This document shows positions 1 through 9,686 of a DNA stretch of 64,000 nucleotides, piece after piece. Position 1 is the stretch's first letter. Every line of letters begins with the position of its first letter. The notes beneath the pieces are model-generated. The model worked only from the letters and a program-made list of their open reading frames with translations. It was not told the origin of the DNA and searched no databases. The position numbers and the translations under genes were made by a program. Source of the DNA: Candidatus Poribacteria bacterium (GTDB lineage: Bacteria > Poribacteria > WGA-4E > WGA-3G); the NCBI GenBank assembly GCA_965215265.1, contig OZ244048.1, forward strand, positions 224,001-288,000, read 5' to 3'.

Positions 1-1116
1 GGAGCCTGCGAAGTTCCTGTTGTTCGCTAAAGTGATAGTTATTGATGCGATAATGAGCGATTCCGCGGTGTTCGGCAATAGTTGTCTGGATGCGTTTCAT
101 TGTCGTCTGTATCGCGCCTCTGTTCAGATCTGCGGCGATCCAGCGTCTGCGGAGTTTTTCAGCGACGACTGCGGTGGTGCCACTGCCCACAAAGCAATCA
201 AGCACGATGGAGTCTTCGTTGCTTGACGCTTTGATGATACGGGCTAGAAGAGCCTCCGGTTTTTGAGTAGGAAAGTCGGAACGTTCCCCATCCATAGTGT
301 TAAGAGCGGGAAGAATAATTACATCATCAGGAGTTTTACCTTTTGGCATTTCTTTACCCTCTTGACCACCACTTTTGTATCGCCATTCAGTCATACTACT
401 TTCATAAGGGACAAGTATTTCGTCACGATTGAAAATGTATTTGTCCTGCGATTTGGTATACCAGAAAATAGTCTCATGCGCATGGGCTAATCTCTTTTTT
501 CCACGAGAGGCGTTCTTGTAGTACCAAATAATTTCATTCTGAAATAGTTCTTCGTCAAATACCTCATCCATGATTATTTTTAAATAGTGACTTTTCTCAT
601 GGTTGCAGTGCAAGTAAATTGAACCTTTATCTGATAGCAGTTCGCGCATCAAGATTAGGCGTTCAAACATGAACTGGAGATAATTGTCATTCGCCCAGAT
701 GTCGGTGTATTGTGTCTGTTCAATAATGGAGGGGCCTTCGCCTGTTAAAGAAGCAGGTTTACCCCCCCCCTACTCCCACCTGGGTTCCCAGCACCTTCAT
801 CCAAGGTTGACCTGCTAATGCCGCGGAGTTTTACCTTTCGAACGTAGTCTGCACCGCTGGCAAAGGGCGGGTCAATGTAGATGAGGTCTATCTTACTGCG
901 GAAACCGTTGACGAGTAAGGTGGAGAGGATCTCCTTGTTATCCCCGTGAAAAAGGAGGTTCGGCCCCTCCAAAAATCCATCATATAGCGGCTCTTTCTCT
1001 GCGTTTTCAACGTTACAAGTTTCCACCAATTGGGCGGGATAGTTGCTCACCGTGCCGATGGGGCGTTTGCCCACCCAGTGCAGCATTGCTCTCCCTTTAA
1101 CCGGCGTAATTTTCAT
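1..1116 (-). CDS. DNA adenine methyltransferase (N6/N4, beta class, type III Mod-like), copy B; frameshifted at poly-G9 (762-770); 3' end runs off window
   Basis: ATG at 1116 after GAGGAG. N-half has HGDNKE..DLIYIDPPF. Manual translation past the G tract is open to the window edge: EQTQYTDIW..GSIYLHC..FPTQKPEALLARIIKASS..VLDCFVGSGTT (motif I). Confidence 0.9.
762..770 (-). repeat. Poly-G9 simple sequence repeat in MTase copy B (out of frame; G7 or G10 restores frame)
   Basis: Minus strand AGTA-GGGGGGGGG-TAAACC; reading ends ..SRGGVNLLL*. Confidence 0.9.
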
Positions 1117-1159
1117 GAGTTCTCCTCTCGCATAGGGCTTCAGGTCCTTTTTTTTGATG

Positions 1160-2930
1160 TTATTCTGTGATGAGAGTTTCCTCGCCAAGCATATCAATAA
1201 TCTTGACGGCAACACGGGCATCAGGACGCGGCAGCACTACCGTGTATTGGCCCTTGATAAAATCGGTTCTCTTCTCCGGCACATCACTCGCAACGATTCT
1301 GACATGCCTGCCGTTGTAGTCCGTATCTATCAGCACGCAATCAATCTGCGCACGGAAATCATCAACTTGTTCGTCAAAGAGGGTGCGGGCTATCTCCAAA
1401 CGCCCTAAGAGGCTCGGACTGATATAATCTACGAGGGTGATGGTGACGTGTTGCCCGTCTCTTTTGAAGGCAACTTCTGCTTCAGCAGGGGCGAAGGTGG
1501 TGACACCGTCGCGTTGGATGTCCCGCACGATGAATTTATTAATCGAGTGCCGCTTGTTTTCTGAGTCAAGTTCGGCTTGTATTCCCAACTCGCTGCCGTT
1601 GCAGAGGACTGTAACAGCGCGTGCCTCATCAGGGCGGTGCTGAAGTTCGTCTTTGATAAGTTGAATATCTAATCGGGTGAGCGGTTTTGTCAGCTCAACG
1701 ATTTTGACAAGCGTCCCCTCTACGGTGCCGTCAAAGAATCGGTCTTTCTTGTCCGTTTCTATGCCATACTTTTCGATGACAAGCCGATGGAGTTCTTGTT
1801 CTTTGCCAAAGTGATAATTATTGATGCGATAGTGAGCGATTCCGCGGTGTTCGGCAATGGTTGTCTGGATGCGTTTCATTGTCGTCTGTATCGCGCCTCT
1901 GTTCAGATCTGCGGCAATCCAGCGTCTGCGGAGTTTTTCAGCGGCGACTGCGGTGGTGCCACTGCCCACAAAGCAATCCAAGACAATGTCGTTTGCGTTA
2001 GAAGAGGCTTTGATAATCCGCTCAAGCAGCTTCAACGGTTTCTGCGTAGGATACAGCCTTTCTGAAGCCTGCTGGTTAATAATAGGAATATCTGTCCAAT
2101 AAGAAAGGACATTCCTACCTTTTCCATTGTAATACGCCTTTTTATTAGCTTTCCTAGACCAATAATAAAAGCGCTTTCCATTTTCATCTATTTCGGGATA
2201 CTGCTCAATAAGTTCATCATGTGACATTTCTAAAAATTGCCTGTTCAATGTGTTCGCTTTTCCTTTTGCGTAGAAAAGGAGAGTGTCGTGTTTTCGCGGA
2301 TATGCCCCTTCTGCAGGCTTGCCTCTATCTCCATACCCCCATACAATCTCATTCCGAAACTTATCCTCACCAAAAACCTCATCCATAATCAGTTTCAGAT
2401 AATGACTCATCGTGGGGTCACAGTGCAGGTAAATAGAACCAGCATCCGACAGCAGTTCCCGCATCAAGATAAGCCGCTCAAACATGAACTGGAGATAGTT
2501 ATCATTCGCCCAGATGTCAGTATATTGTGTCTGTTCAATAATGGAGTGACCTCCGCCTGTTAAAGAATCGGTTTTACCCCCCCCTACTCCCACGCGGGTT
2601 CCCAGCACCTTCATTCAGAGTAGTCCCTCTAATGCCGCGGAGTTTCACCTTTCGGACGTAATCTGCACCACTAGCAAAGGGCGGGTCAATGTAGATGAGG
2701 TCTATCTTACTGCGGAAACCGTTGACAAGTAAGGTGGAGAGAATTTCTTTGTTATCCCCGTGAAAAAGGAGGTTCGGGCCCTCCAAAAATCCATCATATA
2801 GCGGCTCTTTCTCTGCGTTTTCAACGTTATAAGTTTCCACCAATTGGGCGGGATAGTTGCTCACCGTGCCGATGGGGCGTTTGCCCACCCAGTGCAGCAT
2901 TGCTCTCCCTTTAACCGGCGTAATTTTCAT
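1160..2930 (-). CDS. DNA adenine methyltransferase (type III Mod-like), copy A; frameshifted at poly-G8 (2577-2584)
   Basis: ATG at 2930 after GGAGG. ORF 2574-2960 carries DPPF; ORF 1160-2614 carries the TRD, YPTQKP and DCFVGSGTT. The two are offset by +1 at the G tract. Confidence 0.9.
2577..2584 (-). repeat. Poly-G8 simple sequence repeat in MTase copy A (out of frame; G7 or G10 restores frame)
   Basis: AGT AGG GGG GGG TAA stops; removing one G gives AGT AGG GGG GGT AAA ACC (SRGGKTDS). Confidence 0.9.
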
Positions 2931-2989
2931 CGTGTTCCTCCGAATCTCCAGATTTTTCATGTGCCACAGAACGCATTTCCTCAGCTGGA

Positions 2990-3270
2990 TGTGTGCGGCG
3001 GCACTCCTTTAACCCTGAGAGAATATCTAACGTTTTATCCAATGGCAATGGATGGTTGACACGAAAAAGATAAGCAAGATTCTGATAACTGAGTTGTCTC
3101 CATGCCACAAGGAAAGCAATTCCGCCTTTTGCTTCTGCTACCTCTTTTATGGCGTGCAATAGTCTTTCAATGTTCCCATCCTTGTCAAAATCGGCTCATA
3201 CAGCTTCCAGATAACCTTTGGCAAACCCCGGTTCAGCAAGCTCTTTAAGAAGAGGGGGATTGAAAGGCAC
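2990..3270 (-). pseudogene. Addiction-module antidote (HTH antitoxin, HI1420-like) with internal TGA
   Basis: LLKELAEPGFAKGYLEAV*ADFDKDGNIERLLHAIKEVAEAKGGIA..LSYQNL; stop at 3196-3198. Confidence 0.65.
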
Positions 3271-3319
3271 TGTGCACTTCTGAAGCCTGGTTTCGGTATT
3301 TGTTGTCCTTGTTCCTTCC

Positions 3320-3428
3320 TATGTTCTAAGAAGTCGTTCCAATAGTTTTGTGTTCTGGCAATGTCTTGCTGTTGTGTGCGTTTAGTTCCGCCACAAAGCA
3401 GAATAACTGGCGAATTTGCATATCTCAA
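3320..3428 (-). pseudogene. C-terminal remnant of RelE/ParE-type addiction-module toxin
   Basis: VILLCGGTKRTQQQDIARTQNYWNDF matches the LLCGGxKxTQxxDIxxAxxYW toxin tail; no N-terminal half seen. Confidence 0.65.
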
Positions 3429-3740
3429 GTATAGAAAATTTTTGCCGAATTGTCAAGCCCTTTCTCACGGATTTATGGAACCAACGCTTTCTTATCTCGG
3501 TTTTCATGCAGAGCCACCACAGAGGCGATCCAGTCTGAGGTGATACAAGAGCACTGCTTTTCTCACAGACAAACCTAACAATATCACACATACTACTCTC
3601 AAAAAAAAATGGGGGCAAGTGAGAGATTTGTCCTGATAATACTGTTTTACTATATGGATTCAACCGGTTCAGTTTTGTGAGGTACTGGGAGGCACAACAT
3701 TCTATGCTCCGGTTACAAGCATTGACAAATTTATTTTAAT

Positions 3741-3813
3741 TTGACTTTACATTGAAAATTATGATATAATTTATGTCAAAATATTGCTTAACGATTAATC
3801 TGTATGCTATAAT
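3741..3813 (+). promoter_or_regulatory. Sigma70-like promoter(s)
   Basis: TTGACT-18bp-TATAAT with TGn extension (3741-3770); second TGcTATAAT at about 3805-3813. Confidence 0.45.
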
Positions 3814-3859
3814 AGGTTTAAATTATCACGGTGTGGAGACTAAAAAATTCAGTAATGCT

Positions 3860-4232
3860 TGGATGCGGTGTAGATCATATTGCAATCCAGACGCGTGATT
3901 GGGAAACATCCTTAGTTTTCTATAGAGATGTCTCGGAATGGAGCCTATTGCCGAATTTAGGGGGACATCCGGAAAATTGTACTGTTAGACATGGGCGATG
4001 ACAGTCACATGGAATGGTTTCAACCGGCTGCAGATTCCTCCTGGGCCCAAAGATGCGAGCCCGAATGACCCGGCGACACATTTCGCTCTTGCCACAACGG
4101 ATGTGCGCGATGCCGTCGAACAAGTTCAACAAGCCGGTACCAAAATAACGTTGGAGCTGCTCGATGTAATGCAACTATTGCTTTTTTTACGGGCCCTAGT
4201 GGTGAAGTAATTGAGTTTTTTTCAAACGCATT
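3860..4232 (+). pseudogene. VOC/glyoxalase family pseudogene (several frameshifts)
   Basis: Segments in different frames: VDHIAIQTRDWETSLVFYRD / LGMEPIAEF / VLLDMGDDSHMEWFQP / THFALATTDVRDAVEQV / FFTGPSGEVIEFF. Confidence 0.7.
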
Positions 4233-4423
4233 AATCACTTGGTTACAAAATGAGAAATAGTTAATATGTAATTCTTGGTTAGGTATTTTGGTAGTGCGCT
4301 TAAGATTCCCGGTTATGAGATAAAGAGAATCCATCGTCTGTTGCTTGGGTATCAGTTACTGAATTTCTCTGCGAGGAATCTCCACGATTGGGCTGTATAG
4401 CGTTTTTTGTTTTTAACAAGATA

Positions 4424-4909
4424 ATGACAGAAACCGAAAAATCCCACATTTTTGAATTGTTGTCTCCTATGCTATTGATTGATAGCATTGAGTTAGTAGA
4501 TGTTGAGGCACAAGGGAAGACGTTACGGCTCCTGATTTACAAATCCGGGGGGCTTTCAATAGCGGATTGCCAGTCCGTGAATGCTATTGTTCACCCAATT
4601 TTGGAGGTGCATCAGTATTTAAGAACCTATGCGCAGCTTGAAGTGGCTTCTCCGGGGATAGATAGACCTTTGAAAACAGCTGCAGACTTCCGTCGAAATC
4701 AAGGCAAGACTGTCCGGATTGAGACTGTGTCGAAAGACGAAAAAGGCACGAGCGGAAGCTGTAACGCCCCCTCCGTAGAAAACGCGGTAGTGCAAGGTTC
4801 TATCAAGGAAGTCCTGGATGGCACGGTCGTCGTTACTCAAAGCGATGGAAAGAGTATGCAGATTGAATTATCCTGCATTCACAATGCGTGCATACAGTTG
4901 GAGTGGTGA
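4424..4909 (+). CDS. rimP: Ribosome maturation factor RimP
   Basis: LRLLIYKSGGLSIADC, LEVASPGIDRPL; upstream of nusA. Confidence 0.9.
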   Translation: MTETEKSHIFELLSPMLLIDSIELVDVEAQGKTLRLLIYKSGGLSIADCQSVNAIVHPILEVHQYLRTYAQLEVASPGIDRPLKTAADFRRNQGKTVRIETVSKDEKGTSGSCNAPSVENAVVQGSIKEVLDGTVVVTQSDGKSMQIELSCIHNACIQLEW

Positions 4910-5225
4910 TGAAAATTCAAAAAACAATTTGCAGGATTAGAATACCTAAGAGGAATTGTGGCTTACCGTCTTATGGGAGGCAATTTGACAGTGTTAACAG
5001 TACACGATTTCCATTTGCACTTTGTTTCATTGAGAAGCCTATCCATTAGGTGGTGTTTGTCTCTTGACTGCCTTATAGGAGATAGGGCTATTTAGTTTTA
5101 GGTTTTGCTTCTAATTAAGTTTTTTTATGAGGTGTCGTGTGTCTTCTCTGCAATATCTGATAAAAGTAATTCACGCATATAAATCAAATTTGTAAAACTA
5201 AATAACTCTATATAGGAGATAATGT

Positions 5226-6512
5226 ATGTTAGCGAACCTTCAAAATGCTATTCGTCAAAATATAGCCCAAACCGATTTACCTGAGCAGGTTTTTGTTGAA
5301 GCGATCGAAGCTGCTTTGCTTGCTGCTGCGCGTCGAGTTTATGGTAATAATGCTGAGATTTCTGTGGAAATTAACCTTGAACAAGGCGAGATACGATGCT
5401 CCGTTCCTAAGCAGGTTGTTGATATTATGCGGGATCTCTCTACAGAAATTCCGATTGAAGCAGCGAGAAAACTTGATGCAGATGCAAAAATTGGAGATAA
5501 ACTTGAGGTAGAGATTAACCCGACTGAGTTTGGACGCATTCCAGCCCAATTAGCTCGTCAAATCTTGCGCCAAAAAATAAAAGAGGCAGAACGGGAAAAA
5601 ATCTATGAGGAATTCGCAGGGCGTGAAGGCGAAGTTGTCACTGGGCACGTACAGCGTTTTGAACGCGGCGGCATCATTCTCGATTTAGAGCAGACTGAAG
5701 CGTTTTTGCCACCGCGGGAGATACCTCGTGCAAAAAGTTACGAACGCGGCAAACGTCTACAATGTCTCATCTTAGAAGTGAAAAATGAAACCCGAGGGGC
5801 TCCTATTGTCGTCTCACGAACGCATCGTGACCTTGTGTCGATGTTATTTGAGCAAGAAGTCCCCGAAATTTATGAAGGTCAGGTGCGTATTATGGGAGTT
5901 GCCCGCGATCCGGGCAAACGGGCGAAAGTCGCTGTCATGGCAACAGAAGAAGGGATTGATGCTGTTGGAACCTGCGTGGGTGTCAAAGGCGTTCGCGTCC
6001 AAACTATTGTTGATGAACTTGATAATGAAAAAATTGATCTGATCGAATGGAATGAGGAGGCAAGCGTTTTTATTGCTAACGCCTTGTGCCCGGCTACAGT
6101 ACAGCGGGTTGAACTTAACGCTGATGAAAACAGTGCCCGGGTTATTGTTCCCGATAATGAACTTTCCCTCGCAATTGGACGACGAGGACAAAACGCGAGA
6201 CTCGCCGCAAAATTGACAGGCTGGAAAATTGATATCAAGAGTGAATCCGAGGCAACGGTTTCAATTGATGAACTTTTTAAACCTACAGCGCACAGTGATG
6301 AAAACGCCCCCCTGCACGATTCCAACGGACTTGAAGCAGAAGACAAGGTTTTGCAATCACCGGAATTGCCCTCGGAAGACACAAAAGAAGTGAAAGCAGA
6401 GACTGCCAACGTATCTACAGAAGATGTACCTGCTTTGCCAATTGATGTTCCACAGACTGAGCCGGAGAACTTGTCGCTTAAAACAGAGAAATCTGATGCA
6501 GGAGATGGGTAA
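5226..6512 (+). CDS. nusA: Transcription termination factor NusA
   Basis: FGRIPAQLARQ, ARDPGKRAKVAV, LSLAIGRRGQNARLAAKLTGWKIDI. Confidence 0.97.
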   Translation: MLANLQNAIRQNIAQTDLPEQVFVEAIEAALLAAARRVYGNNAEISVEINLEQGEIRCSVPKQVVDIMRDLSTEIPIEAARKLDADAKIGDKLEVEINPTEFGRIPAQLARQILRQKIKEAEREKIYEEFAGREGEVVTGHVQRFERGGIILDLEQTEAFLPPREIPRAKSYERGKRLQCLILEVKNETRGAPIVVSRTHRDLVSMLFEQEVPEIYEGQVRIMGVARDPGKRAKVAVMATEEGIDAVGTCVGVKGVRVQTIVDELDNEKIDLIEWNEEASVFIANALCPATVQRVELNADENSARVIVPDNELSLAIGRRGQNARLAAKLTGWKIDIKSESEATVSIDELFKPTAHSDENAPLHDSNGLEAEDKVLQSPELPSEDTKEVKAETANVSTEDVPALPIDVPQTEPENLSLKTEKSDAGDG

Positions 6513-6561
6513 CAGAGTACTATAAGCACGACACAAGTTTAACGAAAGTAGAGCGATTGAC

Positions 6562-6795
6562 ATGGGGAAACAGCCTATCCGCACCTGTATCGGATGCCGT
6601 GGTAAATTTTTGAAAAAAATGTTAAGCCGGTTTGTATCTCAGGCAGGCCGAATATTGCAAAGCGATCCGGAAAAGAAATTGCCCGGGCGGGGTGTCTACG
6701 TCTGCCCGACTGAAACTTGTATTCAGAAAGCATTCTTCCATAAGCGAAGCCAATATCGACTTGCGTCCGATGTTTCTTTGGATGAGATATTGTAG
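6562..6795 (+). CDS. ylxR: YlxR/DUF448 RNA-binding protein
   Basis: PIRTCIGCR..GRGVYVC; between nusA and infB. Confidence 0.85.
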   Translation: MGKQPIRTCIGCRGKFLKKMLSRFVSQAGRILQSDPEKKLPGRGVYVCPTETCIQKAFFHKRSQYRLASDVSLDEIL

Positions 6796-6904
6796 TTTCG
6801 TACAAATAATTGGCAAACGGATTAATTGGGTTTGTATGTTTCCTTGAATTCACTAGAGAATTTCGATAGTTATAGGGCTTACAACCCAAAAAGGAGGAAT
6901 TGTT

Positions 6905-8956
6905 ATGAAAAGTGCCGAACAGCGAGGGCAAAAGTCAGCCAAAGAGAATCGGACGACCCGGAGAACGCGGGTTCAAGAATTGGCAAAGCAGTATGAGTTG
7001 ACTAATAGGGAACTCATGACGTTCTTGGAGAAGCTGGGCATTCGTGTCAGGAGTCAGACGAGCTTCCTCGATGAGGAAACGGTGTTACTTATTGAAGCTG
7101 AATTACAGGCTGAGGAGTCTGGATTAGCAAGTCCTTCTGCAGAAGAATTGAGGCTTGAGGGCTCGTCTACAGGGGACGAATCGGCAGGGATAAGTGACGG
7201 TTCCAATGTTAAGTTGCAAGTCACTGAAGGTATTACTGTTTCCAATCTTGCTTCAATGCTGGGTCTACAACCTACTGAATTGATTATACGCCTGATGAAT
7301 TTAAAGGTTATGGCGACTATTAACCAACAATTGGATTATAAAACACTTGAGATGCTTGGGGAGCATCTGGGTTTTGAAGTTATCAAGGCCCGGACGTTAG
7401 AAGAGGAGCTCTTAGAAGATACACCGGATACACCGGAATCATTAGAACCGCGCGCGCCGGTTATTACTATTATGGGCCACGTTGACCACGGTAAAACGTC
7501 CCTTTTGGATCGAATTCGACAATCAAATATCAGTGAATCAGAAGCAGGTAATATCACACAACATATTGGCGCGTATCATGTAACTTTAGATGGCGGAAGC
7601 ATTGTCTTCCTTGATACCCCTGGGCACGCTGCGTTCACGGCCATGCGTGCCCGTGGGGCTCAAGTCACGGATATTGTGGTACTGATTGTTGCGGCAGACG
7701 ACGGTGTGATGCCGCAGACAGTAGAAGCCCTCAATCATGCTAAAGCGGCGAAAGTTCCAATCGTTGTCGCGATTAACAAGATTGATGTGTCCGGTGCACG
7801 CCCTGACTATGTAAAGCAGCAGTTGAGTGAACACGAATTGATTCCGGAAGAATGGGGGGGACAGACAATTTGTGTTGAAACCTCCGCTATTGATGGTATC
7901 GGCATTGATTTTTTGCTTGAGATGCTTCTTTTGGAAGCCGCCTTGCTGGAACTTAAGGCGAACCCGGCAAAGCCTGCCCGTGGTGTAATTATAGAAGCAA
8001 AAGTCGATAAGGAGCGTGGTGCACTCGCCACAGTTTTGGTACAATCTGGAACGCTGCGGGTTGGCGATGTGTTCGTTTCCGGGAGATTCTCTGGAAAAGT
8101 CAGGGCAATGATGGACGACCTTGGAAAACGGATGAAGGAAGCCGGCCCTGCCTGTCCAATCGAAGTGCTTGGTTTTACAGGAGTACCCGAAGCCGGAGAC
8201 AAATTCCACGTTGTTGAATCTGAAAAAGATGCACGGGCGATAAGCGAGGCACGGCAAGACTTATACCGGTCTGCGAAACTCGGACAGAACAGCCGCGTCA
8301 GCTTAGATGCACTATTCCAGCAGATTCAGGATGGCGACATCAAAGAATTGAGTGTTGTCGTGAAAGGTGATGTGCAGGGTTCTGTCCAAGCTGTCAGTGA
8401 ATCGTTGCTCAATATGGACACTGATGAGGTAAAAATCAATATTATCCATCAAGGCACCGGCAACATTACGGAAACCGACATTCTGCTGGCATCAGCATCG
8501 CAAGCCATCGTTGTTGGATTCAATGTTGATTCGACACCTGAAGCTTTGCAGGCGAAGGAGACAGAGGGAATAGATATGCGTACTTATGACATCATCTATA
8601 ACCTCATTTCCGACATTCGTTCTGCCATGGAGGGTTTACTCGACCCGGAAGTCCGCGAGATAGTTATCGGACGAGCAGAGGTACGAGAATTGTTCCGGGT
8701 TCCCCGGCTTGGGTTAGTTGCCGGCAGTTATGTTAATTGGGGCAGAATCGCTCATGACCATCCGCTTCGCATTCTTCGCGGGAATCGCTTAATTCATGAA
8801 GGCAAGGTCAATTCCCTCCGTCGATTCAAAGACAATGTCAATGAAGTTCAAGCGAATTATGAGTGTGGCATCGGTATTGAGACCTTTGAGGACTTGAAAA
8901 TTGGAGATGTTATTGAGTGTTATGTACACGAACAGGTAGCACGATCTCTTTCTTAG
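6905..8956 (+). CDS. infB: Translation initiation factor IF-2
   Basis: MGHVDHGKTSLLD, DTPGHAAFTAMRARGA, NKID, SLRRFKDNV. Confidence 0.98.
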   Translation: MKSAEQRGQKSAKENRTTRRTRVQELAKQYELTNRELMTFLEKLGIRVRSQTSFLDEETVLLIEAELQAEESGLASPSAEELRLEGSSTGDESAGISDGSNVKLQVTEGITVSNLASMLGLQPTELIIRLMNLKVMATINQQLDYKTLEMLGEHLGFEVIKARTLEEELLEDTPDTPESLEPRAPVITIMGHVDHGKTSLLDRIRQSNISESEAGNITQHIGAYHVTLDGGSIVFLDTPGHAAFTAMRARGAQVTDIVVLIVAADDGVMPQTVEALNHAKAAKVPIVVAINKIDVSGARPDYVKQQLSEHELIPEEWGGQTICVETSAIDGIGIDFLLEMLLLEAALLELKANPAKPARGVIIEAKVDKERGALATVLVQSGTLRVGDVFVSGRFSGKVRAMMDDLGKRMKEAGPACPIEVLGFTGVPEAGDKFHVVESEKDARAISEARQDLYRSAKLGQNSRVSLDALFQQIQDGDIKELSVVVKGDVQGSVQAVSESLLNMDTDEVKINIIHQGTGNITETDILLASASQAIVVGFNVDSTPEALQAKETEGIDMRTYDIIYNLISDIRSAMEGLLDPEVREIVIGRAEVRELFRVPRLGLVAGSYVNWGRIAHDHPLRILRGNRLIHEGKVNSLRRFKDNVNEVQANYECGIGIETFEDLKIGDVIECYVHEQVARSLS

Positions 8957-8979
8957 GTAAGCTTGCAAGTGGTTAATTC

Positions 8980-9264
8980 ATGCACATCGGTATTTGTAAA
9001 GTTTGTCTCAGGATCCCTCAAAGTTGTTCACTTAAGGAGAAACGTCGCGTTATCAAAAGCCTTGTTATCCGGCTCAAGAATCGGTTCAATGTTGCCGTTG
9101 CCGAAGTGGATGCATTAGATGCGCATCAAACTGCTGTGCTAGCTGCTGTATCGGTTTCTAACGATGCTGCATATCTAAATGGCATTCTTTCACGGGTTGT
9201 CACCTTTATTGATACAAATGCCGCCGCTGAATTGGTGAATTATGAAACTGAATTTTTCTTTTAG
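8980..9264 (+). CDS. DUF503 (YlxP) family protein
   Basis: SLKEKRRVIKSL..RFNVAVAEV; infB-rbfA context. Confidence 0.85.
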   Translation: MHIGICKVCLRIPQSCSLKEKRRVIKSLVIRLKNRFNVAVAEVDALDAHQTAVLAAVSVSNDAAYLNGILSRVVTFIDTNAAAELVNYETEFFF

Positions 9265-9273
9265 AGGCAAATA

Positions 9274-9636
9274 ATGGAAAACAGTAGAAGACGCGATCGG
9301 GTTGGATCGCTTATCCAACGAGAATTAAGCGAGATTCTTCAGCGAGCAATCAAAGATCCGCGGCTTGCATTGTGTACTGTTACACATGCAGAGGTCTCTG
9401 CGGACTTAAAATATGTGGACGTGAAAGTAAGTGTTATCGGGGATGCAGAACAGAAGGATAACGCTATTGCCGGCTTGAAAAGTGCTACTGGGTTTCTCAG
9501 GCGCGAGATCGGGCGTCGTCTAACACTCCGATATTCACCGGAACTGCGATTCGCTTTGGACGACTCTGTTGATCATCTGATGAAGATAGATGAGCTCTTA
9601 AAATCGGCTGATTCGGGAGATGAAGATTCGGGATAA
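9274..9636 (+). CDS. rbfA: Ribosome-binding factor A
   Basis: IKDPRL..VSADLK..GFLRREIG..LRYSPELRF. Confidence 0.95.
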   Translation: MENSRRRDRVGSLIQRELSEILQRAIKDPRLALCTVTHAEVSADLKYVDVKVSVIGDAEQKDNAIAGLKSATGFLRREIGRRLTLRYSPELRFALDDSVDHLMKIDELLKSADSGDEDSG

Positions 9637-9686
9637 GAATTGATAAACGGGTTGTAACCTTGTTTCTTTAGAAAAATAAAATTGAT

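Noticed and set aside
20-2065. Duplicated plus-strand ORFs 20-226 and 1787-2065
   Set aside because: Antisense shadows of the duplicated MTase C-halves.
3196-3198. TGA as selenocysteine
   Set aside because: Non-catalytic position in an HTH antitoxin next to a truncated toxin; pseudogenisation is simpler.
7854-7860. G7 tract in infB as a phase-variation site
   Set aside because: In frame and encodes the conserved EEWGG of an essential gene.
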